Assembly: GCA_963841435.1 (NCBI GenBank)
Contig: CAWJCS010000005.1
Location: 160,001 to 224,000, forward strand
Reading direction: 5' to 3'
Source: an uncultured delta proteobacterium
Lineage (GTDB): Bacteria; Myxococcota_A; Polyangia; Polyangiales; Polyangiaceae
Length of the DNA stretch: 64,000 bases
The position numbers were made by a program, and so were the translations under genes. Every line of letters starts with the position of its first letter. Positions within the stretch are counted from its first letter, which is position 1. Shown here piece after piece: positions 18,369 to 30,266 of the stretch. Under the pieces are notes generated by a model that was not told the origin of the DNA, ran no database searches, and saw only the letters and a program-made list of their open reading frames with translations.

Positions 18369-19886
18369 TTGAGCGATCCGGACATCATCGTGGTCGGCTC
18401 GGGCCCAAACGGGCTCGTGGCGGCAAACGTCCTCGCGCGCCGGGGGCTCCGGGTGCTCGTCGTGGAGGCGAATCCGCGGCGCCCGGGCGGGGCGCTCGGG
18501 TCCGAGGAGCTCACGCGACCGGGATTCTTGCACGACGTGGGCGCAGGTTTCTTCCCTTTCTCGCGCTCGAGCCCGGCATTCCGCGAGCTCGAGCTCGAGG
18601 CGGCGGGCGTGCGCTGGAAGAACGCCGCCATCGAGAGCTGCCACCCGGCGCTCGACGGCAGTGCCGCGTCCATCGTGCGCGACCCCGACGCGCAGCGAAA
18701 ATGCTTCGGTACGCCGCGCGACGGCGCCGCGTTCGCCGACCTCGCGCGCTTCCACCGCAGCATCGAGGAGCCCTTGCTCGACCTCCTCTTGTCGCCGTTT
18801 CCGACGATCGGTCCCGTTTTCCGGCTCGGCGTGCAGAAGCTCGCGCGGCTCGCGAGCCTGCTCCTCGGCTCGAGCGCGGGTCTCGCGCGCTCGCTGTTCG
18901 AGAGCGAAGCGGCCCGGCGGGTGCTCCCGTCCCTCGGGCTGCACGTTAACGTGGGCCCCGAGGACACGCTCGGCGCGCCACTCGGCTACGTGCTCGGGCT
19001 GACGGCGACGACCGGCGGCTACGCGGTGCCCGTAGGTGGCGCGCAGAGCGTGACCAATACGCTCGTGACGCTGCTCGAGAAGAGCGGCGGCAAGCTGATG
19101 CTCGGCGCGCGCGTGACCCGCGTCCTCGTCCGTCGCAGACGAGCGCACGGCGTCGTGCTCGAAAACGGCGACGAGATCCGCGCCGCGCGCGGCGTGCTCG
19201 CCTGCACGTCCGCGCCGTCGCTCTACCTCGATCTACTCGCCCGGCGCGACGTGCCGCGCTGGCTGCGGGCACGGATGCGCCGCTTTCCACTGGGTTTTGG
19301 CACGTTCAAGATCGACTGGGCGCTCTCTTCGCCCGTGCCGTGGAGCGTCGAGGCGGCACGGCGGAGCGCCGTCGTCCACGCGGGCGAGAGCATCGACGAC
19401 CTTTCGCGCTTCGTGCGCGAGGTGCGCTCGGGAGCGATCCCCGAGCGACCTTATCTCGTGCTCGGCCAGCACACGCTGCTCGACGCGACGCGCGCGCCCG
19501 AGGGAGCGCACACGCTCTACGGCTATTCACGCGTGCCACACGCCGTGTCGAGCGGCTGGGCCTCGGAGCGCGAGCGTTTCGCGGACGCCATCGAGGCGCG
19601 CATCGAGGGCCTCGCACCTGGCTTCCGTGCGACGATCCTGGCGCGACACAGCCTTGCCCCGCCCGATCTACAGGCCATGAACGCGAATCTCATCGGCGGC
19701 GACCTGGGTGGCGGGTCGAACGCCTGGAACCGCCAGCTGCTGTTTCGCCCGGTATTTCCCTACTTTCGCTACCGTACGCCGATCCGCGGCCTCTACCTTT
19801 GCTCGAGCTACGCGCACCCGGGCGCGGGCATCCACGGCATGTGTGGCTACAACGCGGCCCGCATCGCAGCGCTCGATCTCGACTAA
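18369..19886 (+). CDS. FAD-dependent oxidoreductase, phytoene dehydrogenase-like
   Basis: VVGSGPNGL, GGA....PGFLHD, YRTPIRGLYLCSS..HPG.G.HGMCGYNAA. Confidence 0.92.
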   Translation: MSDPDIIVVGSGPNGLVAANVLARRGLRVLVVEANPRRPGGALGSEELTRPGFLHDVGAGFFPFSRSSPAFRELELEAAGVRWKNAAIESCHPALDGSAASIVRDPDAQRKCFGTPRDGAAFADLARFHRSIEEPLLDLLLSPFPTIGPVFRLGVQKLARLASLLLGSSAGLARSLFESEAARRVLPSLGLHVNVGPEDTLGAPLGYVLGLTATTGGYAVPVGGAQSVTNTLVTLLEKSGGKLMLGARVTRVLVRRRRAHGVVLENGDEIRAARGVLACTSAPSLYLDLLARRDVPRWLRARMRRFPLGFGTFKIDWALSSPVPWSVEAARRSAVVHAGESIDDLSRFVREVRSGAIPERPYLVLGQHTLLDATRAPEGAHTLYGYSRVPHAVSSGWASERERFADAIEARIEGLAPGFRATILARHSLAPPDLQAMNANLIGGDLGGGSNAWNRQLLFRPVFPYFRYRTPIRGLYLCSSYAHPGAGIHGMCGYNAARIAALDLD

Positions 19887-19896
19887 TCGCGAGCGC

Positions 19897-21249
19897 TCAG
19901 CGTCGGCGACGGCGCAGCCCGGCGAGCCCGAGCGCGATCAGCAGGAGCTCGGCGTAGGGGCCGTGCGCCTCGCCCGTCGAGACGGAGCAGCCACCGCGCT
20001 CGGTCGTCACGGGCTCAGCCTTCGTGCCGGTGCCGCCGTTCGCGTTGGTGCCGCCCGAGCTCTGACCGCCGCTGCCCGTACTCGTGCCGCCGGTCGAGCT
20101 CGCGCCCGTGCCGCCAGTGCCCGTATTCTCGCTGCCGCCGGACGTCGTGCCGCTCGAGCCGCCCGTGCCCGTGCCGCCGACGCCACCGATGGCGCCCTGC
20201 CCGGTGGCGCCCGAGCCGACTCCACCAGCGGAAACCGAGCCACCCGTGCCGAGCCCGCCGGTGCCGACCGTCCCGCCGGTTTCGAGCGGCATACAGGTCC
20301 CCGCGGCGAGCTCTCCCATGCCGCCTCCGGCGCCCGCAGGCGGAGCGGCGTCCATTCCGCCGCCCGTGCCGCTGGTCGTCCCGCCCGAGCCCGTCGTGCC
20401 GCTCGAGCCGGCAGTCGCACCACCCGAGCCCGTCGTACCGCTCGAGCCGGCGGTCGCACCGCCCGAGCCCGTCGTGCCGCTCGAGCCGCCCGTGGTCATG
20501 GCCGTGCCGGCGGAGCCACTCGCTCCACCCGCGCTACCGCCACCCGTGCCACCCGGCGTGCTCCCGCCCGACGAAGAGGCACCGCCAACCGCAGACCCTC
20601 CGCCCGCTCCGGTGCCGCCCGTGCCAAAGCCTACGAACGCGCAGTAGAACCCGGGAGCGCAATCGGCCTCGCTCGTGCATTCGCCGGCATCCGGGCTGCA
20701 GCGACCCGTGACCGTGCAGTCGGCCGGACAGCTTGCCGCGGTCTCGTCGCCCGTGCAGAAGGCATCGCCACAGAAGGGAGCGTTCGGGCCCCCACCGGTG
20801 CCGGGTGGGCTCGAGACCGCGCACGAGTAACCTTCGGCGCAGTCAGCGCTCGTCTCACATTCGGCGAGCACGCAGTAAAGGGTCGGCGTGCAGTCGTCCG
20901 GACACGAGTCGGCGGTTTCTTCGGGGGCCTGGCAATATCCGTCGCCGCAGACGATGGCGGGCACGGGCACGGAGCTCGCCCCCGCCGACGCACCGCCCGT
21001 TGCCGCACCCCCGCTACTCGTGCCCGCGGTGGAGCCACCGGAGCCGCTGGTACCACCCGTCGATGCCCCACCGGTGCCCGATGATGCGCCGCCGCTGCCG
21101 CTCGTCGGCGGGCTCGCTGGCTCGCAAGCAAACCCGTGACCGCAGTCGTCGTCGGTGGCGCACTCGTCGGCATGCGCCGAGCGCGATACGGTCAGGGCCA
21201 GGCCGAGGGCGGGAACCAGGTGGAGCGCGGAGCGGCGGAGGAGACCCAT
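19897..21249 (-). CDS. Cys/Gly-rich surface protein with MYXO-CTERM tail
   Basis: Signal peptide (AHA|DEC), C.TD.DC..G..C and CGD..C...E....CP.DC repeats, tail GGCSV...LLLIALGLAGLRRRRR. Confidence 0.85.
   Translation of the reverse strand: MGLLRRSALHLVPALGLALTVSRSAHADECATDDDCGHGFACEPASPPTSGSGGASSGTGGASTGGTSGSGGSTAGTSSGGAATGGASAGASSVPVPAIVCGDGYCQAPEETADSCPDDCTPTLYCVLAECETSADCAEGYSCAVSSPPGTGGGPNAPFCGDAFCTGDETAASCPADCTVTGRCSPDAGECTSEADCAPGFYCAFVGFGTGGTGAGGGSAVGGASSSGGSTPGGTGGGSAGGASGSAGTAMTTGGSSGTTGSGGATAGSSGTTGSGGATAGSSGTTGSGGTTSGTGGGMDAAPPAGAGGGMGELAAGTCMPLETGGTVGTGGLGTGGSVSAGGVGSGATGQGAIGGVGGTGTGGSSGTTSGGSENTGTGGTGASSTGGTSTGSGGQSSGGTNANGGTGTKAEPVTTERGGCSVSTGEAHGPYAELLLIALGLAGLRRRRR
20381..20488. 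repeat. In-frame 39-bp tandem repeat (about 2.8 copies)
   Basis: Units start at 20381, 20420, 20459; encode GSSGTTGSGGATA on the minus strand. Confidence 0.85.
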
Positions 21250-21261
21250 GCGACCGAGAGG

Positions 21262-21277
21262 AGCAAGCCGTGTGCCA
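21262..21277 (-). promoter_or_regulatory. Sigma54 (-24/-12) promoter
   Basis: Minus strand reads TGGCAC-ACGGC-TTGCT, an exact consensus match ending 12 nt upstream of ATG 21249. Confidence 0.75.
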
Positions 21278-21366
21278 CGGCCGCAACTCCCCACTATACG
21301 CCTTTTTCGGCCGAGCACGGTCGGCAACGGGCCAATTTGTGCCAAGGCGGTGGTATCGTGCCCCCT

Positions 21367-21885
21367 GTGATGTCGCGCTCGATCGTCGCGGCGCTCGGTG
21401 TCGTCTGCGCGCTCGCCGGGTCGTGCAAGCTCGCCCGCAACGAGGAGCAGTCCGATCGGGCCCTGCCCCCGCCGGAGCCCGCGGCGAGCGCCCTTCCAGT
21501 GAAGGTGGAGGAGCGAGACCCGCAACCCGTGGCTCGCCCCCGTGAGACGGAGCACGCGCCGTCGCAACCCGCGCCGGCCGCGGCGCCCGGGCCTGCCGCT
21601 ACGCCAGCCAGCCCCACCACGCCGACAGCGACAGCGACGGCGGCTGCGCCCGCCACCGCCGCATCGTCGAGCGCACCCGCCCCGCCCTCCTCCGCCCCCG
21701 CGGCCGTGGCCGTCCCCACGATGCCGACCGCCCTGCCGAACGCCAATTGCCTCCCGAAGTGCCAGTCGAGCCTGCAGGCCTGCGTCGCTCGTCCGGTCTC
21801 GCTGGACGCCGGCATGCCGAGCCTGGAGTCGATGGCCGAGTGCCGGAAGGCCTTCGAGGACTGCCGCACCGCGTGCACACCCTAG
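21367..21885 (+). CDS. Small Pro/Ala-rich lipoprotein with Cys-paired helical C-terminus
   Basis: Lipobox LAGSC; C-terminal C..KC...L..C...C...F..C...C. Confidence 0.7.
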   Translation: MMSRSIVAALGVVCALAGSCKLARNEEQSDRALPPPEPAASALPVKVEERDPQPVARPRETEHAPSQPAPAAAPGPAATPASPTTPTATATAAAPATAASSSAPAPPSSAPAAVAVPTMPTALPNANCLPKCQSSLQACVARPVSLDAGMPSLESMAECRKAFEDCRTACTP

Positions 21886-22027
21886 CGTCTCGACGCGAGA
21901 CGGTCCGGCGCGGAGTTTTCTCAAGGAAGCGGCAAAATTGCCGTTCGTTAACGGCGTGTTCGGCGCGCGCCCGAGCTCGAGAAGCGGACCCGTTGACTGA
22001 ACGCTCGCGCCGGAGCCTGCGGCCGTT

Positions 22028-22747
22028 TTACACCTTCAGGCTGAAGGGCGTGAACTTCGTGTCGCGGTCGAAATAGTCCTCGTGCTCGGCGCGTTTGAAG
22101 AACGCCACGACGCGGTAGGTGAGCGGCGTCGCAACGACCTCCCACCCGACCTTGATCAGGTAGTTTGCCAGCATCACGCGCACGAGCAGGTCGTTGGGCA
22201 TCCAGCCTTCACCGTAGAAAGCCAGGGGATAGAAGATCACGGTGTCAACGGCCTCGCCGGCGATCGTCGAGCCGATCGTGCGCGAGAAAAGCCAGCGGCC
22301 GCCCGTGAGCACCTTCATCTTGGCGAGCGTGTAGGAGTTGACGAACTCGCCACAGAAGTAGGCGATGAGCGAGCCGAGCGCGACGCGCCACGTGGCGCCG
22401 AACGCCCATTCGAGCTGGGCTTGGTCGGTGAACTGGTCCGCGGGCGGCAGGCCCACGACGACGAAGCTCTGAAACGCCGCGAACGCGAGCGCCGCGAAGC
22501 CCGCCCACACGACGCGCCGCGAGCGCGCGTAACCGTAGACCTCGGTGAGCACGTCGCCGAACAGGTACGCGATGGGAAAGAATAGATTCCCCGCGCCGAA
22601 CGCGAAGAGCTCCTTCCCGTCCAAGGCGACGTGCGTGATCTTGCGCACGCCGATCAGGTTGCTGCACAAGAGCACGCAAACGAACGCGGCCATGACTAGG
22701 TCGTAGTAGCGGTAGCGGCGCGCCGGACGGTGCGCGTCGTCAGCCAT
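22028..22747 (-). CDS. yhhQ: Queuosine precursor transporter (YhhQ/Vut_1)
   Basis: LLCSN, FPIAYLFGDVLTEVYG, RVALGSLIAY, NSY.LAKMK, RTIGST..GE.VDT. Confidence 0.93.
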   Translation of the reverse strand: MADDAHRPARRYRYYDLVMAAFVCVLLCSNLIGVRKITHVALDGKELFAFGAGNLFFPIAYLFGDVLTEVYGYARSRRVVWAGFAALAFAAFQSFVVVGLPPADQFTDQAQLEWAFGATWRVALGSLIAYFCGEFVNSYTLAKMKVLTGGRWLFSRTIGSTIAGEAVDTVIFYPLAFYGEGWMPNDLLVRVMLANYLIKVGWEVVATPLTYRVVAFFKRAEHEDYFDRDTKFTPFSLKV

Positions 22748-23864
22748 TCCACTTGCCCATCGCGGGGCTTTCGAGCGCTTTCGGACGCTTCTCGCCGCGC
22801 GCCACTCGGTCGACGAGCTCGTCGACGCACGCATAGAGCATGTCGTTGCTCGTCGGCACGTCCGCGGGGAAGGCGCGACCGAACTCGCCCGAGCGCTCGA
22901 GAAACGCGCCGATCGGCTCGGCCTCGAAGCGACGCGACCAGGCGCCCACGCCGAGCGCTTCGAGATAACGTGCGTTCAGCTCCTGCTCGTACTGGCCGGA
23001 TACCGGAATCGACAGCGTGGGGATCCCGAGGCTAACCGCCTCGGCGAGCAGCGAAAATCCTCCGCCCGCGATCACGGCGCGCGCGCCCGTGAGATCGTCG
23101 ACGAAGCGCTCCTCCGAGAACGGGCACAAGGTCACGTTCCCCTCGCTGCCCTCGCGACCGAGCCCGTAGACGCGGAAACGAAAGGGCAGTCGCTTGAGCG
23201 TCGGCACGAGCGCCTGATTGGTGGTCTGCGTCTGGTAGACGAGCACGTGGTCGCGCGGCTGCCAGGTGCGGCCGAGGAGCTCCGGACGCAGGATGGGAGG
23301 AATGAGCGTCGTGTACTTCTTGCGAACCGGCGGAAAGAAGAAGCTCGTGACGAGGTAGTGGTACGCCTTCGGCACCTTGATGCGCACGGCGAGGCGCGCC
23401 AGCTCGAAATCGAACCCCTTGGCGCGCACCACGGGGTCGTCGTGGCGACAGCGATTGATGATCTGCATGTTGTCGATGCTGATCACGGGCAGGCCGTGCC
23501 GCTTGGCGTAGAGCGCCGCCCACGACTCGAAGTCGCTGATGACGAGCTCGGGTGAAAACCCGGACTCTGCGACCTTGCGGTAGACCCCGACGTTCTTTCT
23601 GATGCTGCGCGGCGCGCGCTCGAGGTTGAAGAGCACGCTCTGCGTGCGGTCGAGCGAGTTGCCGAAGTAGCTCAGCACGAGGCCGTGGATCTCCTCGAGC
23701 GAGACGTTCTCGAAGGCAGCAAGCTTCTTCCCGAGAAACGCATGGGCCCTGCCGGACACCACGACGCGGATCTGGTGCCCGGCGCGCGCCAAGTGCTCCA
23801 GCACGACCAGGCTGCGAGTCGCGTGACCCATGCCCTCGCCGACGACGCCGTAGAGGATTTGCAC
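22740..23864 (-). CDS. MJ1255/VC2487-family GT-B glycosyltransferase
   Basis: ILYGVVGEGMGHATRS, ISDFE, ISIDN, GGFSLLAEA, GQYEQ.LNA. Confidence 0.9.
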   Translation of the reverse strand: MQILYGVVGEGMGHATRSLVVLEHLARAGHQIRVVVSGRAHAFLGKKLAAFENVSLEEIHGLVLSYFGNSLDRTQSVLFNLERAPRSIRKNVGVYRKVAESGFSPELVISDFESWAALYAKRHGLPVISIDNMQIINRCRHDDPVVRAKGFDFELARLAVRIKVPKAYHYLVTSFFFPPVRKKYTTLIPPILRPELLGRTWQPRDHVLVYQTQTTNQALVPTLKRLPFRFRVYGLGREGSEGNVTLCPFSEERFVDDLTGARAVIAGGGFSLLAEAVSLGIPTLSIPVSGQYEQELNARYLEALGVGAWSRRFEAEPIGAFLERSGEFGRAFPADVPTSNDMLYACVDELVDRVARGEKRPKALESPAMGKWNG

Positions 23865-23967
23865 TTCGGGCGCGCAGGGTTACATCGAACCGCGGGGGAG
23901 CAAAGCGAAGAGAGGCAGAGGCCGTCGCCTTCGCCCGGCGGGCGGCGGGGTGCTACCGTCGCGCCCC

Positions 23968-24306
23968 ATGCCCTCTCCCGTACTCGACGGAAAACAGCGC
24001 CGCTTCCTGCGGGCGCTCGGTCATCATCTGAGCCCGGTGGTGCAGGTCGGGACAGGCGGCGTCACCCCCGAGGTCGAACGGGCGCTCGACCAGGCCCTCG
24101 CCCGCCATGAGCTGGTCAAAGTCCGCGTCGTGGGCGGCGGCAACGACCTCGCGGGCATGGCGCGTGGGCTCGCCGACGGCACGCGCTCGGCCCATGCGCA
24201 AACACTCGGCAAGACGCTGCTCTTTTACCGACCGCGCGAAAAGAAGCCCAGCATCGCTCTACCTGCCGGCGCATCGGCCGGCCGAACGCGGGGAACAACA
24301 CCATGA
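23968..24306 (+). CDS. yhbY: CRM-domain RNA-binding protein YhbY
   Basis: KQRRFLRALGHHL.PVVQVG..G, HELVKVR, Q.LG...L.YR. Confidence 0.92.
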   Translation: MPSPVLDGKQRRFLRALGHHLSPVVQVGTGGVTPEVERALDQALARHELVKVRVVGGGNDLAGMARGLADGTRSAHAQTLGKTLLFYRPREKKPSIALPAGASAGRTRGTTP

Positions 24307-24866
24307 GCGACGCGAAGACGGTGGGGCGCCTGCAGGTCAACGGCAACCTCGCCTGGCTCGACCTCGAGATGACCGGGCTCGACGCCCAACGGGACGTGAT
24401 CCTCCAGGCCGCGATGGTGATCACCAACCGCGATCTCCAGCCGCTCGAAGAGCTTTGCCTCGACGTGTGGCAACCCGAAAGCGCGCTCACGAACATGACG
24501 CCATTCGTGCGCGAGATGCACGAAAAATCCGGCCTACTTCCGCGCGTTCGAAAGTCGATGATCGACCTCATTGCTGCCGAGCGCGCGCTCATCGAGTGCG
24601 TCGTGGGGTACTGCACCTATCCAGCGATCTTGTGTGGCAACAGCATCGGGCAAGACAAGCGCTTCGTCGATCGCTGGATGCCGGGGCTCGCGGGCTATCT
24701 CTCGTACCGCACCGTCAACGTGAGCAGCATCAAGGTGCTCGCCAAGACTTGGTACGGTTCGTCGGCGGTCTTCGACAAGCCGAAGGACCACGAGCACGAC
24801 GCGCTCTTCGACGTCAAAAACTCGATCGCCGAGCTCGCCCACTACAAAAAGACGCTCTTTCGCTGA
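24303..24866 (+). CDS. orn: Oligoribonuclease
   Basis: WLDLEMTGLD, MH..SGL, LCGNSI.QD.RF, YR...VSSIK, HDAL.D..S..EL..Y. Confidence 0.93.
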   Translation: MSDAKTVGRLQVNGNLAWLDLEMTGLDAQRDVILQAAMVITNRDLQPLEELCLDVWQPESALTNMTPFVREMHEKSGLLPRVRKSMIDLIAAERALIECVVGYCTYPAILCGNSIGQDKRFVDRWMPGLAGYLSYRTVNVSSIKVLAKTWYGSSAVFDKPKDHEHDALFDVKNSIAELAHYKKTLFR

Positions 24867-24874
24867 GCCACGCC

Positions 24875-25585
24875 ATGCGCTTGCGGCCGTTCCTGATCGT
24901 TCTCTTCTCGGCCGTCCTCGCCACGCTCGCTTGCTCGCGGGCGAAGCGCCCACCGGGGCTCGAAGGCGAGCCCGAGGCGCGCGCCCCGGGCTCGCAGCCG
25001 AGCGACCCGCGAAGCGACCCGAGCGGGGGCGCCGCGGAAATGGACGGCACGCGAGCGGCGGCCGCCAGCGCCGACGCCGCTGAACGAACGCCCACGGGTG
25101 TGGCAGCGCGAATGCCGATCCTGAGCGCCGCAGAGCTCCTCGCCAGGATCCGCCCGCTCGGTGACAAGGGCACGCTCGTCAACGCCTGGGCGAGCTTCTG
25201 CGGACCGTGCCGCCGCGAAATCCCGATGCTCGAGGCGCTCTCCGCGAATCTGCGCGCGGAGGGCATCGCGGTCTACCTCGTGTCGCTCGACGACCCCGCC
25301 GACGCCCCGAAGGCGGAAGCGTTCCTCACGGAGTGGCACATCACGCTCGAAAGCGCGCTCGCACGACCACCGCTCGGCGCCTTCAAGCAGGCCATGAACC
25401 CGCGCTGGCCGGGGATGCTACCCGCGAGCTTCCTCTTCGACGCCGCGGGACGGCTTCGCTATTTCTGGGGTGGCGAGGCCTTCGAGCAGGAGCTCGTCCC
25501 CGTGCTCGATGCCTTCGCTCAGGGCAAGCCCATCGAGGGCGAAGCCGGCTTCCAGGTCGCCCCCGAAGCCCCCACGCGCGACTGA
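24875..25585 (+). CDS. TlpA-family thioredoxin-like lipoprotein
   Basis: Lipobox TLAC; VNAWASFCGPC..EIP; VSLD; LP.SFLFD..G. Confidence 0.88.
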   Translation: MRLRPFLIVLFSAVLATLACSRAKRPPGLEGEPEARAPGSQPSDPRSDPSGGAAEMDGTRAAAASADAAERTPTGVAARMPILSAAELLARIRPLGDKGTLVNAWASFCGPCRREIPMLEALSANLRAEGIAVYLVSLDDPADAPKAEAFLTEWHITLESALARPPLGAFKQAMNPRWPGMLPASFLFDAAGRLRYFWGGEAFEQELVPVLDAFAQGKPIEGEAGFQVAPEAPTRD

Positions 25586-25626
25586 GGCTGGTACTCCTTC
25601 CGCCTCGCGCGTCGACCCGTGGCAGC

Positions 25627-26988
25627 TCAGGGTTTTCGGCCGCACGCCTCGGCGGGGTAGTCACTCGGCAAAAGGGCGCGGGGGACGCGGTCGCGGACGG
25701 TGCTTTCGCTCTCCTCGTTCACGACGGAGTCGCAGAGGTTCGCGGGGTCGCCCGTCTTCCTGGGAGGCCGCCAGGTCGGCGTCGCGTCGGCTTCCTGAGG
25801 CCTGGGCGGCGGCGAGCGCTGCGCGCCGAGCGGCGCTCGCACCGACGGTCGCGCCGAGAAGATCCGGCTGTCGGCCGTCGGCGTGTCCATACGGTCACGC
25901 CGCGAGAGAAGCTGGTAGGCGAGTGCCTCGGGCAGCGCGCGCGCCGACGACTGCACCGCGTCGATGACGGTCCGCCTCTCGACGCTCATGCGCTCCCGCA
26001 CGACGCGCGCAACGTCGGTCTCGACGACGACTTCGCCGCGCTCCATCAACCACTCCTCGAGCGCGGAGCGCATCTCGTCCGCGGTCTGGAACCGCTCGGA
26101 TGGATTCGACGCGAGCGCCTTGACGACGATGGCCTCGAGCCCTTCGGGGTAGTTCGAGCGCAGCTCGCGCGGCCGTAGGTACTTTCCCTGCACGATCTTG
26201 CCGAGGGCCGTGGCGCCCCCGCCGAAGGGCCGGAGACCCAGCGTGGCGATGTAGAGGACGCAACCCATCGCGTAAACGTCGGCGCGACGATCGATCGAAC
26301 GACCGAGGATCTGCTCGGGCGGAATGTAAGCGAACTTGCCCTTGATCTCGCCCGTGCGCGTACGCGAGTGCAGCTGATAGCGCGCCTTGGCGATCCCGAA
26401 GTCGCTCACCTTCACGTGCCCGTTGTTCGAGATCATGATGTTCGGCGGCGACACGTCGCGGTGGACGATGCCGAGCGCGTGCCCGTCGGGACCCAGTGCG
26501 TCGTGTGCCGCGTGGAGACCCGAGCAAGCTTCGGCGGCGATGCGCGCGGCAATCGGGTCGGGCAGCGGCGCGAGCTCGCCCCCTCGCTGCAAGAGACCGC
26601 TCAGCGACTCGCCGGCAATCCACTCGATGACCATGAAGAGCAGATCGCCGTCGCGACCCAGCTCGTACGTTTCACAGACGTTCGGGTGACGAATCGCGGA
26701 GGCCACCATCGCCTCGTCGACGAACATGCGGCCGTACTCTTCGTCGGCGCTGAATTCGGGCAAGACGAGCTTGATGGCGACGGTGCGCGCCAGCCCGGCC
26801 GTGTCCGGACGGGCGGCCCAGACCTGGGCCATGCCGCCCGCGCCCACGGGAACGAGTAGGCGATAGCGCCCGATGGAGCGGCCCCGCAGAATGCCGATGC
26901 GCTCGGCCGTGCTCGACAGGTTGGGCTCGGTCCTGTCCCCCTCCGCAGCTTGCGGCTCATGAGCATCGCTCGAGCGCTTCTCACCCAT
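25627..26988 (-). CDS. Ser/Thr protein kinase, cytoplasmic
   Basis: GAGGMA, VAIK, HRDVSPPN, DFG, GKFAYIPPEQ, DVYAMG; no TM in the C-terminal tail. Start uncertain (26988 or 27000). Confidence 0.93.
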   Translation of the reverse strand: MGEKRSSDAHEPQAAEGDRTEPNLSSTAERIGILRGRSIGRYRLLVPVGAGGMAQVWAARPDTAGLARTVAIKLVLPEFSADEEYGRMFVDEAMVASAIRHPNVCETYELGRDGDLLFMVIEWIAGESLSGLLQRGGELAPLPDPIAARIAAEACSGLHAAHDALGPDGHALGIVHRDVSPPNIMISNNGHVKVSDFGIAKARYQLHSRTRTGEIKGKFAYIPPEQILGRSIDRRADVYAMGCVLYIATLGLRPFGGGATALGKIVQGKYLRPRELRSNYPEGLEAIVVKALASNPSERFQTADEMRSALEEWLMERGEVVVETDVARVVRERMSVERRTVIDAVQSSARALPEALAYQLLSRRDRMDTPTADSRIFSARPSVRAPLGAQRSPPPRPQEADATPTWRPPRKTGDPANLCDSVVNEESESTVRDRVPRALLPSDYPAEACGRKP

Positions 26989-27230
26989 GCTAGATTTCAC
27001 CGTACATCACCCGTCTTCGTCGGACCAGAGTCTCGACACACGAACGACCGCTTTTTGTCGTACTTTTTCTCCCCCCCGCACACCAATTTCGAGCGCGCGC
27101 CACGCGGTATGAAAAAGTCTCTTCGGCCGCTCCACTACCAATTGGTCCCGCGAACGGCCGGGAAGCGAATCACGCGATGGGCGGAGGACGAGCGATTGGG
27201 AGTGCGCCACTTGGAGCACAATGAAGGGTA

Positions 27231-28631
<1,401 letters not shown>

Positions 28632-28679
28632 TTTGCCGAGTGACTCAGCTCACTGACAACGACCTTTGCGCCGCTCAGG

Positions 28680-30219
28680 TCAGCGTTTGGTCGAAAACGG
28701 GTTCTCGGGGTCGAGCGATCTCACGGGCCTGGTGGTCGGGGTCGGGGCGGTAGGCTTGCTGGAAGCGGGTGTCGGCGGGGCCGCCGTGCGGTGCACCACC
28801 GGCGCGCGCGGTTTGCGCGCCGTCGCGCTCGGCGAAGGCGCAAGCGTTGCCGACGCCGAGGGCGCCGCGACGGGTGCCACCGAGGCGACGGGCGAAAGAG
28901 GGGCGACCGGGGCGGGCTCGACGCTCGTCTGCGCGGGTGACGAAGCGGCGGTCGTTTGCGCCGCCGAGGCGGGCTCGCCGGGCTCCGTACGTGGCTCGCG
29001 CCGGACTAAGGCGAGCGCCCCGAGCGCGACGGCGAGCGCGGCGCCGATCCCGATGAAGAGCGCGCGCGGCGCGCGGCGCGCGGTGGGGCCCGGCAGCGTG
29101 GCGCCCGAAAGCGTCGGCTGGATGGCCGATGCCGCGGTGCGGATCACCGGATCCGTAACGTCCGTGTCTTTGGTTGTAAGGAGCGGCGACGCTCCGTCGA
29201 GCGGATCGGCCATCGGGTTGTCGATGGCCTCGGCCGCCGATGCGATGTTGCTCGTACGCCGCGCGATGGGCTCGGACAGCGTGCGCCGGACGAGCTCGGA
29301 GATCTGCCCGTCGCTCACGATCTTTTTCTCGAGCAAGAGGAAGCGCTCGAGCGCACGTCCCAGCTCCTCGGCCGTGGCAAAGCGCTCCTCGCGCTCGCGC
29401 GACATCGCCTTCACGACGATTTTCTCGAGCTCGGGCGGATAGCCGGGCAGTCGCGCGCTCGGTCGGGGAATCGGCTGCTCGAGCAACTGGTAAAGCGTCG
29501 CGAGCGCATCCCCACCCGTGAACGGTCGCTCGCCCACGGTCGCCTCGTACAGGACACAACCGAGGGCAAACACGTCCGCGCGCCGATCAACGTCTTTGGT
29601 CGTCACCTGCTCGGGCGCCATGTAGCTCAGCTTGCCCTTCACCTCGCCCGTCTGCGTGGGGGCGTGGATTTGGCCCCTGGCCTTGGCGACGCCGAAATCG
29701 GTGAGGCGCACCTGGCCACCCGCCGAGATCAGGATGTTCTGCGGCGAAACGTCGCGGTGGACGACGTGAAGGGGGTGGCCGTCCTCACCCATGAGCTCGT
29801 GGGCGGCGTGCAGCCCCGCGCACACGCGCGCGAGAACGCGGGCCGCGACCTCGGGCGGCAGGCGGTGATCCGGCAGCGCGTCGAGCAGCTCCCTGAGCGA
29901 GCCGCCGTCCGAGGAAATCCATCACCAGGTAGACGACGCCACGCGCGCGCTCCGCGCCGTAGATCACGCACACGTTCGGATGCTCGAGCATCGACGAGAT
30001 GCGTGCCTCGTCGAGCAGCACCTTGTAAAAGGATTCGCTCGCGCCTTCCTCGGCGAGCGCCGTCTTGATCGCGACGAGGCGCGGCGTGCCCGTGGCTCTC
30101 CGCTCACGCGCGACCCAGACCCTTCCCATGCCGCCGGCGCCGATCGGCACGAGCAGCTGGTAGGAGCCTAGCTCGTCGCCGCTCCGGAGTGAGGCACCCG
30201 TGCTGGGCACGATCTCCAA
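28680..30219 (-). CDS. Membrane Ser/Thr protein kinase, frameshifted near 29913
   Basis: N-lobe (GAGGMG, VAIK, HPNV) in ORF 29785-30219; HRDVSPQN, DFG, APE and TM in ORF 28680-29825. Removing one base restores LVMDF.DGGSLRELL. Confidence 0.9.
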
Positions 30220-30266
30220 TCAGGATAGCCGACCGCCGACGCTTCGGCCACGGGCAAGCACGCGGT

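Noticed and set aside
18369-19886. Carotenoid biosynthesis gene crtI
   Set aside because: Belongs to the broader phytoene-dehydrogenase-like family and no crt genes are adjacent.
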